The notes under the pieces: generated by a model
Seen by the model: the letters and a program-made list of their open reading frames with translations, nothing else
The model's database searches: none
What the model was told of the DNA's origin: nothing
Shown: positions 45,354-52,671 of the stretch, piece after piece
How positions within the stretch are numbered: position 1 is the first letter of the stretch
How the letters are laid out: each line of letters opens with the position of its first letter
Program-made: the position numbers and the translations under genes
DNA from: Candidatus Poriferisodalis sp.
GTDB lineage: Bacteria; Actinomycetota; Acidimicrobiia; Acidimicrobiales; Poriferisodalaceae
DNA: 64,000 bases
NCBI RefSeq assembly: GCF_965204195.1
Contig: NZ_OZ241975.1
Location: forward strand, 1,401,184-1,465,183
Reading direction: 5' to 3'

Positions 45354-46165
45354 GCGCCGTCATTGCTGCGGGACTGCTCTTCTTCAGCGGAATCGCTCTG
45401 CTGGTCGTTGCCGCTGTTGGGCCGCGCTTGAGACGGCAGACAGGAACGGGTGCGAGGCTGTCCGCCACGAGACTGCCGGGCGTCAAGGACAGCGACATCG
45501 CAGACCTGCGTCTCGCAGGCACAGTGGCCCAGCACTATGCCGTGCAAAGACTCGCGGGCCTATTCGTGGGCATTGTTGCCGGCACGGCAATAGCTGCGCT
45601 GTGGCTCGACGACCTCGCTGCCACGCTCGGACTCGCAGCACTGCTGGGCTTCGCAGGCTGGCAACTGCCCCGGCAGGGAGCTCGCGATACGGCCCGCAAG
45701 GTGCGATCCGAGCTCGATCATGTCATTCGCCTCTGGATCGTGCTGGTCGCCCAGCAGGTCAGCGCCGGCGTCGAGCCCGCGTCTGCGATGCTCACTGCCG
45801 CTGAAGCCGGCACACGGCCCACCTGGCGCCTGCTGCACCGCCACCTGCTGACGGCCCAGAACGAACGACGTCCGGCCTGGGAAGGGCTCGTCGACCTCGT
45901 CGAGCGCTACGGGCTTCACAACCACGCGCCGGCTGTGGCCGCGTTCGGGCTGGCGGCCGAGCGGGGTACTCGCATCTCCGATGCCGTGTTGGTCGCGGCC
46001 GAGACGCTGTGGCGCGACAACCTTCAGCGCGAACGCGAAGCGGCCGAGCGGCGCAACCAGATCATCGTGCTGCCCGCGACTGGCGTCGCGCTGGCGCTCG
46101 CGGCGATCCTGGTGTACCCGCCGTTCGTATCGCTCACCGGCGGCATCATCGCCGGCGGGCCCTGA
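45350..46165 (+). CDS. tadC: TadC-like pilus assembly membrane protein (T2SSF family)
   Basis: From ATG 45350 (ATGA overlap with tadB). Same architecture as tadB. Confidence 0.75.
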   Translation: MSAVIAAGLLFFSGIALLVVAAVGPRLRRQTGTGARLSATRLPGVKDSDIADLRLAGTVAQHYAVQRLAGLFVGIVAGTAIAALWLDDLAATLGLAALLGFAGWQLPRQGARDTARKVRSELDHVIRLWIVLVAQQVSAGVEPASAMLTAAEAGTRPTWRLLHRHLLTAQNERRPAWEGLVDLVERYGLHNHAPAVAAFGLAAERGTRISDAVLVAAETLWRDNLQREREAAERRNQIIVLPATGVALALAAILVYPPFVSLTGGIIAGGP

Positions 46166-46168
46166 GGC

Positions 46169-46600
46169 ATGGCCCCCAGCTCGCCGCGGCCCGCCCGACG
46201 ACGAGTTCGGCCGTGCGCCGCGCCGCGGCAGTGTCGTTCCAGCAGCGGGCTCGCGTCGCTGGAGTGGCTCCTGATCATCGCTGCTGTCGGCGGCCTCGCA
46301 GCCGTCATGGTGGTGGCGGTGCAGCGGCTCTTGGATGATGCTGCCGAAGTCAATCCTGATCAGTCGGTGCGCCTGCTCGAAGCCACTGTGCTGGCCGCAG
46401 AACTCTCCAGCGAAGCCGCTGCTGCGGCGCGTGACGGCGAGCTAGATCCTGCCGGGACGGTGCTCACCAGGCTTCGCAACCAGTGCGAGCAGATTGCCTC
46501 GGACTACGGAGGCGCAGTCAGGTCTGCAGAGTGGACTCAAGTGCCGATGGCAGACGCGACAGCAGCATGGACATGTCGGCTGACTGCCCGGTCGGCATGA
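46169..46600 (+). CDS. Long Flp-like prepilin (G/LASLEWLLI class III signal motif), paralogue 1
   Basis: Arg-rich leader, SSG-LASLEWLLIIAAVGGLAAV hydrophobic segment. Canonical position after tadC. C-terminal C-x-Q-I..DY motif shared with 49694..50213 and 50288..50761. Confidence 0.55.
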   Translation: MAPSSPRPARRRVRPCAAPRQCRSSSGLASLEWLLIIAAVGGLAAVMVVAVQRLLDDAAEVNPDQSVRLLEATVLAAELSSEAAAAARDGELDPAGTVLTRLRNQCEQIASDYGGAVRSAEWTQVPMADATAAWTCRLTARSA

Positions 46601-46646
46601 CGAACCCGGCATGTCGTGTCGCTGGCACGTGTCGTCCGGTGTGCGT

Positions 46647-47252
46647 TCAGCACTCCGGGAGCTCGACTGGCACGGCTGGAACCGGCTCGTTGCTGACCGA
46701 CGCGGCTTGTTGTGTGAGTACCGCCGGACCCGCTGCAGCGGCGTGGACCCGGTCGAGACGCCCAGGCCACAAGGCACTGAACGGCCCGAAGACCTCCCCG
46801 GTCACCTCCACGCGAACCCACCCGTGCTCACCCGCTGCTGGCCGCAGATCTGACGAAGCGCCGCTGTGGCACCAGTCGCTGCGCACGGTTGCTGCACCTG
46901 GCGTCCACCAACGCCAGCCGTCGCCTGCGGCTGCGCTGCGTGCGACGGCATCGTGCGCGGCGGCGACCATCTGCTGCGTGCGCGGCGGTGGATCGAGACC
47001 TGTGTGCTCGGTGCCATCGTCTGCATACGCCAGACCCGAGGTGCCAATGGCGTGCCACGCAGCGCGCAGCCCAGCAGAAGCAGCGGCCTCGGCTTGGGAC
47101 CGTGCGCCCGTGACGATGAACGCGTGCACCACCAGCAGCAACATGAGGACAATCAGCGCTGGCCACAGGATCAAGAAGGGGAGCACCTCCGCGCGCTCGT
47201 CGCGCTCCCGTCCGCACGCCGATTTCAGCACTGGCTCACGATGACGGGGCAC
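46647..47252 (-). CDS. TadE-like pseudopilin/pilus assembly protein (opposite strand)
   Basis: ERAEVLPFLILWPALIVLMLLLV N-terminus followed by an AAASAGLRAA segment, typical of actinobacterial TadE-like proteins. The competing plus-strand ORF is Ser/Arg/Cys-rich. Confidence 0.6.
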   Translation of the reverse strand: MPRHREPVLKSACGRERDERAEVLPFLILWPALIVLMLLLVVHAFIVTGARSQAEAAASAGLRAAWHAIGTSGLAYADDGTEHTGLDPPPRTQQMVAAAHDAVARSAAAGDGWRWWTPGAATVRSDWCHSGASSDLRPAAGEHGWVRVEVTGEVFGPFSALWPGRLDRVHAAAAGPAVLTQQAASVSNEPVPAVPVELPEC

Positions 47253-48050
47253 AAGTCACGCTCGCAGTCCCCACGAGCGCGAACCCTAGCTGTGAGGTTC
47301 CCACGGCTGTCATGGCACGCCGAGCACCGGACGGCTCGCTCGACCGACCACGCGGGCGGGGCAGTCAGCCTGGTCGTGATCCTGATGGTGCCCGTAGCGG
47401 CATTCGCGGCCGTCGTCGCGATGGCGGTGCCGCAGCGTCTAGCCGCCGAATCGTCGCTGGAGGACACAGCCGCTGATTTGGCCACGATGGCTGCGGCTTG
47501 GCGTGATGCGCAAGGCCGCGATGACGCACCGCTCGATACCTTCCCCGGTGACTGCGCCGATGTGGCGCTGACAGGTGTCAGCCAGCGCACGGACATTCCG
47601 GAGGATTTCACCGGCAGGCTGAGAAACCTCTGCGAAGCCATGAGCGAGGCAGTGCTTCGCGACCTGGGCGAGCACGGCTTCGACCCCAGCACATTGCGGG
47701 GCTTCTACAGCGGCTCGTACGCAACCGCCACCGGTGCGCCCGCAGGTTGGAGCCTGCCCTGCAGTACCGGCAATGGCACCGTGGTCACCAACGCTGTGCA
47801 CGCCGGCGTCGTCGCGCACTGGGAAGGTCCGGGCTGGGCTGCCGCACAAGCAATGCCTGATGGGATCCCGATGGGTGCCGAAGCCGTCGGACATGTCGTG
47901 CGCACCGACAGCGGCGACACGGCACTGCCGCCATGTGGCTCCCTGCTCAGCTTGGTGCCCCATCGCCTTCGCTCGGCTGGTCAGGAAGGCCAATCAGGCG
48001 CGCGAGAGCTCGCTGAGGCCGTACCGGCACGAATCCCCTTTGCGGGATGA
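47241..48050 (+). CDS. TadE/TadG-like pilus assembly protein
   Basis: GGAVSLVVILMVPVAAFAAVVAMA hydrophobic N-terminal segment. Start uncertain (ATG 47241 or GTG 47292). Confidence 0.55.
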   Translation: MTGHKSRSQSPRARTLAVRFPRLSWHAEHRTARSTDHAGGAVSLVVILMVPVAAFAAVVAMAVPQRLAAESSLEDTAADLATMAAAWRDAQGRDDAPLDTFPGDCADVALTGVSQRTDIPEDFTGRLRNLCEAMSEAVLRDLGEHGFDPSTLRGFYSGSYATATGAPAGWSLPCSTGNGTVVTNAVHAGVVAHWEGPGWAAAQAMPDGIPMGAEAVGHVVRTDSGDTALPPCGSLLSLVPHRLRSAGQEGQSGARELAEAVPARIPFAG

Positions 48051-48062
48051 TCTGGCGCCACG

Positions 48063-49049
48063 ATGAACACCACCGCGCTCGCCGACCCCTCTTCCGAGCT
48101 GCCCGTCGCTCAGACGATGGCCGAGCCGCCTCGGATGCGCCGCTGCAGCCGGGCGCGTGACGAGGCCGGAGCGACGGCGTCGCTCGAATTGCTCGCGTTG
48201 ACGCCGCTGCTCGCCTTGCTGGTGCTCTTCGTGCTGTGGACCGGCAACAGCGCCCGAGCGGGGCTCGTCGCTGACCTTGCAGCAGAGGAGGCCGCCATCG
48301 CCGCAGCACTGTGCTGCGACGATGCCGGACCGCCGGCAGGCGCCGGCAGCCCGGATGCCTCCTTGCAGCGCGAGTACATGGCCGAGGCAGTAGTGGCCTC
48401 CCGTCCCGGCCTGGACTACCTGTGCCTCGGCGGACCACGGCCTGAAGGCGACCGCGGATTCGTCACCGAGACCGATGCCAGCTTCGCCGGTGCTCCCGCG
48501 CCGACAGGGTTTGCCCACAGCGCACGCGTGATCGAGGTGCACTTCGTCTGCGAAACCGACGGAGCTGTCGCACCGTTGCGAGGCCTGTTCCCCACAGTGA
48601 CGATGCGCGGTCGCGCATCAGAACTGACGGTCTTTGCCGATGGGCCCAGGCTCACCATCGCGCCGGTGACAGTCATGGAGGGAGACGAGATTGTCTTGGT
48701 CGCCAAGCTCAACGAAGCTACGACTGACGACATCGAGTTGGCGTATTTCACAGAGGACCGCACAGCCACATCCAACGCCGAGTCACCGGAACCGACCGAT
48801 CTGGACTTCGATGCCATACCCGAAGACCTCGGTCTTCTCGCGACGATCCCGGCCGGTGAGACGACCGCGGAGATGCGCATCACAACCCGAGACGACCAAG
48901 TCTGCGAAGGCGATGAGACGCTCGCCCTGATTGTCAGCGCTAACGGCCCGACTCTGCCACCGTCGATGGATGCTGTCGATGGCATCCGATTCACCGCCAT
49001 TGCCACGATCACCGACCAAGCTGATTGCCCGGTGCAGCCCGATCAATGA
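48063..49049 (+). CDS. TadE-like N-terminus fused to a C-terminal Calx-beta domain
   Basis: DEAG-ATASLELLALTPLLALLVLFVLW. C-terminus VMEGDEIVLVAKL...AYFTEDRTAT...DFDAI...IPAGETTAEMRITTRDDQVCEGDETLALIV fits the Calx-beta pattern. Confidence 0.65.
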   Translation: MNTTALADPSSELPVAQTMAEPPRMRRCSRARDEAGATASLELLALTPLLALLVLFVLWTGNSARAGLVADLAAEEAAIAAALCCDDAGPPAGAGSPDASLQREYMAEAVVASRPGLDYLCLGGPRPEGDRGFVTETDASFAGAPAPTGFAHSARVIEVHFVCETDGAVAPLRGLFPTVTMRGRASELTVFADGPRLTIAPVTVMEGDEIVLVAKLNEATTDDIELAYFTEDRTATSNAESPEPTDLDFDAIPEDLGLLATIPAGETTAEMRITTRDDQVCEGDETLALIVSANGPTLPPSMDAVDGIRFTAIATITDQADCPVQPDQ

Positions 49050-49531
49050 CGGCGGAGATACTGGTGTGGACCGCAATCGGGGCATGGGCGTGTCTCAGCG
49101 CGCACGCCGGCTACACCGATCTGCGCGCGGCGAGGATCTCGCGACGCACATGTTGGGCAGCTGGTGTTGCGATCGCAGTGCTGCTCGCTAGCGCTGGCGC
49201 ACTGCTGGGCGACCCGCTCAGGTGGCTGTGGACTCTGGCGGGCGCCGCGGCCGTGGCACTGCTGCTCGAAGTTGTTTACCGGTGGCAGCCCGACAAGCTG
49301 GGCTACGGCGACGTACGGCTGATCATCGTCAACAGCTTGCTTGCGGCGTGGTGGGGCCCGGCGTGGCCGTGGTGGGCGCTGCTGGCCGGTGCCGTCGCAG
49401 CTTGGCCCGCCGCAGCGCTTTCGGCGGCACGCGAGGGGCGACACGGTCGGGTGAAGTGGGCACCGGGTCTCGCCATCGGAACCGGTGCTGTGGTGGCGTG
49501 GCGCGTCGCCGCTGTTGGGCCGCTCGGCTGA
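49046..49531 (+). CDS. tadV: Prepilin peptidase (A24 family, TadV/CpaA-like)
   Basis: From ATG 49046 (ATGA overlap). Two catalytic Asp contexts (YTDLRAARI and GYGDVRL), multi-TM. Confidence 0.75.
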   Translation: MTAEILVWTAIGAWACLSAHAGYTDLRAARISRRTCWAAGVAIAVLLASAGALLGDPLRWLWTLAGAAAVALLLEVVYRWQPDKLGYGDVRLIIVNSLLAAWWGPAWPWWALLAGAVAAWPAAALSAAREGRHGRVKWAPGLAIGTGAVVAWRVAAVGPLG

Positions 49532-49693
49532 TATTCGGCGCACGCAGATCGGCCGCCGAAGCGAAGTGTGGCTGAGCATGTGTGAAATGCGAGCATTCAC
49601 GCGGCACACTTCACGTGCACACTTCTTCACGATCTGTCTCGGACGCCAATCGAGCAGCGCACATTTGACCCGCCGAACGACAGGAACGCCAGC

Positions 49694-50213
49694 ATGCGAA
49701 CACACGCGAACACCACCAGCACGTGCGCACGCCGTGAGCGCCTATCGGCGCTGCGCATCGCGCGCAGGCGGGAGGATGAGCGTGGGCTGACGACGCTGGA
49801 ATGGCTGCTCATCGTCGCAGCGGTAGCGGGCTTGGCAGCGTTGGCCGTTGTACTCGTCCAAAACGTCGTGGACGACACCGCTGAACAGCTCGGTGGCGCC
49901 AGCGCCCGCGGAGACCGCCGCCAATGTCGCCGCGGACACCGTCGTCCGCGAGGCGAAGACAGCGCAACCAAGCGACGCTCGCTTCAACACATGGCAGAAG
50001 TGGGAGCTGTACTTCACCGCTCGCTGCGAACGACTTGAGATCCTCTACAGCGACACCAACCTCGACGTGGATGCGAACTTCCGTCGAATAAGCAGTGGGG
50101 CGAACGGCGACGGTGACGAACCTACCGCTGAGCTACTCAACGCAGCCCACAGTGGCGTTCCGACGCCGACTAAACCCCAGGCAAGCTGTCAGCGGGCGAC
50201 GCCTACGTCTTAG
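49694..50213 (+). pseudogene. Long Flp-like prepilin, paralogue 2, with a +1 frameshift near 49895..49910
   Basis: The N-terminal frame (ERG-LTTLEWLLIVAAVAGLAALAV) and the frame of ORF 49848..50213 (AANVAADTVVRE...ARCERLEILYSD) together are collinear and equal in length with paralogue 3 if one nt is removed in GCGCCCGCG. Confidence 0.5.
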
Positions 50214-50287
50214 CTGCCTTGCGCCCTCTGCGCCTGCCACGCGGTTGACGAAGGCTTTCGTGTCCATGCTGGCTCGCCCCGGCGCGC

Positions 50288-50761
50288 CTATTCGCCGGGT
50301 TCGAATGTGCCGAATCGCTCCCGCTCGCCCCGCACATCACGCAGATAGCAGACCGGCACCTTGTGACGCTCGCGCCAGCCACCGCCCGATGCCAGCAAGC
50401 CGTCTTTCCAATACGGGCGTGCCTCACTGTCGGCGTAGGTGATGCCCAATCGAGCGCAGCGTTCGCCGTAGCGCCGGTTGATCTGCTCGACCTCGAACTC
50501 GGTCTCGGGCGATTGCGCCCGCCACTCACGCGTCAGCGCGTCCGCCGCTATCTCGGCCGTGCGATACCGCGCTTGGTGCCTGCCGGCGTCGATGCCGATG
50601 TCCCGAACTGTCGCTTGGACGACAACCACCGCCGACCCCACGAGCACCGCGACCGCTGCAGTCACCAGCAGCCACTCCAGCGTCGTCATGCCAGCCTCGC
50701 ATCTACGACGACGTAGCGACAGATGGGCCACGCAGCGCACCGTACCGGCCGCCGCAAGCAC
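50288..50761 (-). CDS. Long Flp-like prepilin, paralogue 3
   Basis: EAG-MTTLEWLLVTAAVAVLVGSAVVVV. C-terminal ERCARLGITYAD motif. Start GTG 50761 or GTG 50731. Confidence 0.55.
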   Translation of the reverse strand: MLAAAGTVRCVAHLSLRRRRCEAGMTTLEWLLVTAAVAVLVGSAVVVVQATVRDIGIDAGRHQARYRTAEIAADALTREWRAQSPETEFEVEQINRRYGERCARLGITYADSEARPYWKDGLLASGGGWRERHKVPVCYLRDVRGERERFGTFEPGE

Positions 50762-50799
50762 AGCACCTCAACCGTGAACAGCATGGAGCACCGGGCGGC

Positions 50800-51006
50800 G
50801 TGGCTAACGTGCCGCGGGTGATCAGCGCGGCGGAGCTGTCGTCGATCGAGACAGCGGTGGGCGAACTCGGCAACCGCGTCGCGCAAGCCGCCGACGAGCT
50901 GATGGGCACGCCGCATGAGGATGTCGGCGTGGAGCTCTATGAGGTGGAGCGCTCGTTGCGGATGGCGCGCCGCCGCTTGGCTCAGGCCACCGAAGCGCTG
51001 CGCTGA
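50800..51006 (+). CDS. Hypothetical small helical protein
   Basis: 68-aa GTG-initiated ORF with high GC3. No recognised family. Confidence 0.35.
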   Translation: MANVPRVISAAELSSIETAVGELGNRVAQAADELMGTPHEDVGVELYEVERSLRMARRRLAQATEALR

Positions 51007-51048
51007 GGCCTGCGAGCCGCTCCAGAAGCAGCTACGGCGCGGAGACGG

Positions 51049-51966
51049 TCAGCGCCGCTCGGCGATGGCTTCTGCGGTCGCGACGATCTTGCGCGCCCGC
51101 GTCAAGTGCGGCACATCCACCATCTGACCCTTGTGGGCGAATGCCATGAGGCCAGCGGCCTCGGCCTCGGCGAACGCTTCCAGCAGCTCACGGGCGTCGG
51201 CCAACTCGGCATCGCTCGGCGTGAACGCTGCGTTGACGATGTCGATCTGGGCAGGATGGATGGTGATCTTGCCGGTGAAGCCCATAGCGGCCGACGTGGC
51301 GCACTCGGCAGCCAGCCCCTCGTCGTCGCGGAAATCCACGAACACCGTGTCGAGCGGCTGCTTGCCCCATGCCGTGGCACCCACCAGGCACATCACCCGG
51401 GCGTACTCGAAGACGGGCAGATAGGCGCCTGTGGCGTCCCGGTTGGCCTTCGAGCCCATGGCCGCAGAGAGGTCCTCGGCACCCCAGCTCAGCGCATCAA
51501 CCCGGTCGTGGCGGGCGAGTTCGCCGATGTTCAGCAGCCCCTGCGGGGTCTCGGTTCCCAGCACCAGCATCACCACGCCGCCGGGCGAGTGGCCGTGCTC
51601 CAGCTCCCAGCGGGTGATCATGCTGTCCAGCTCGGCGACCTCTGCTGCATTGTTCACCTTCGGCACCAGGTAGGCGTCGGGCGGCGAGACCATCGTCTCG
51701 GCGACATCGGCAGCGCACCACGGCGTGTCGAGCGGATTGATGCGCACTACCCGCTCCTTGGCGCCGAAGTCGACATCGGCCAGCCAGCCCGCAACCGTGG
51801 CGCGGGCGCTGTCCTTGTTGTCGGGGGTGACGGCGTCCTCGAGATCGAGCACGAGGCTGTCGGCATCGGTTGCGATCGATTTCTCCAGCATGCGCTCGTT
51901 CGCACCGGGCACGAAATGCGATGACCTCCGCACGGTCCCGCCGGCGGGGCTCGGTGACTCGTCCAT
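51049..51966 (-). CDS. citE: HpcH/HpaI aldolase / citrate lyase beta subunit-like (CitE, acyl-CoA lyase) protein
   Basis: FVPGANERMLEKS...DSLVLDLEDAV motif region typical of CitE/malyl-CoA-lyase-like proteins. Confidence 0.85.
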   Translation of the reverse strand: MDESPSPAGGTVRRSSHFVPGANERMLEKSIATDADSLVLDLEDAVTPDNKDSARATVAGWLADVDFGAKERVVRINPLDTPWCAADVAETMVSPPDAYLVPKVNNAAEVAELDSMITRWELEHGHSPGGVVMLVLGTETPQGLLNIGELARHDRVDALSWGAEDLSAAMGSKANRDATGAYLPVFEYARVMCLVGATAWGKQPLDTVFVDFRDDEGLAAECATSAAMGFTGKITIHPAQIDIVNAAFTPSDAELADARELLEAFAEAEAAGLMAFAHKGQMVDVPHLTRARKIVATAEAIAERR

Positions 51967-52020
51967 TCAGTCAAACCTCCTGTGTCTCGCATTCGCGCCG
52001 AAGCCGGCGTCGGTGCCGGT

Positions 52021-52662
52021 TCAGGCCGCGAAGGCGCTCGGGCAGAAGTCGTTGAGCACGCAGTCGTCGCACGCGGGCTTGCGAGCCGAGCAGACGCGCC
52101 TGCCGTGCAGGATCAGCCGCAGGCTGAAATCGCCTCGCTCGTACTGGGGGATCATCGGGTTCAAGGCCAGCTCCACCTTCACCGGATCCTCCTCGGCGGT
52201 GATGCCGAGGCGCCGCACCAAGCGGCCGACATGGGTGTCCACTGGCAGCCCCGGCAGGTCGAACGCCACCGAACGGATGACGTTGGCGGTCTTGCGGCCG
52301 ACGCCGGGCAGCTTCACGAGGTCTTTGAGGCTCGTCGGCACCTCGCCGCCATAGTCGGCCAGCAGCCGGCGGGCCATCCCCTGCAGATTGCGCGCCTTGC
52401 TGCGGAAGAAGCCAGTGGGATGCACCAATTCCTCGAGATCGCCGAGATCGGCGGAAGCCAGAGCCTCGGCGTCGGGATACTTCGCGAACACCGCCGGAAC
52501 AGTGGCATTGACACGTGCATCGGTGCACTGTGCAGACAGGATCGTGGCCACCAGCAGCTCGAACGGGTTGCGATGCTCCAGTTCGCAGACGGCTTCGTAT
52601 TCGTCCTTGAGTCGCTCGTGGGTGCGCTGGGCGCGCCCCTTCGGCGATCGCGGCTTGGCCAT
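52021..52662 (-). CDS. nth: Endonuclease III
   Basis: HhH-GPD motif LPGVGRKTANV and the 4Fe-4S cluster loop CSARKPACDDCVLNDFC. Confidence 0.95.
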   Translation of the reverse strand: MAKPRSPKGRAQRTHERLKDEYEAVCELEHRNPFELLVATILSAQCTDARVNATVPAVFAKYPDAEALASADLGDLEELVHPTGFFRSKARNLQGMARRLLADYGGEVPTSLKDLVKLPGVGRKTANVIRSVAFDLPGLPVDTHVGRLVRRLGITAEEDPVKVELALNPMIPQYERGDFSLRLILHGRRVCSARKPACDDCVLNDFCPSAFAA

Positions 52663-52671
52663 GGCGAGTGT

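Noticed and set aside
50290-50310. tRNA-like GGGTTCGAATG (T-arm-like) sequence
   Set aside because: It lies inside the Flp-like pilin 3 coding region. No acceptor, D or anticodon arms can be drawn around it. No tRNA, rRNA or tmRNA genes were recognised anywhere in the window.
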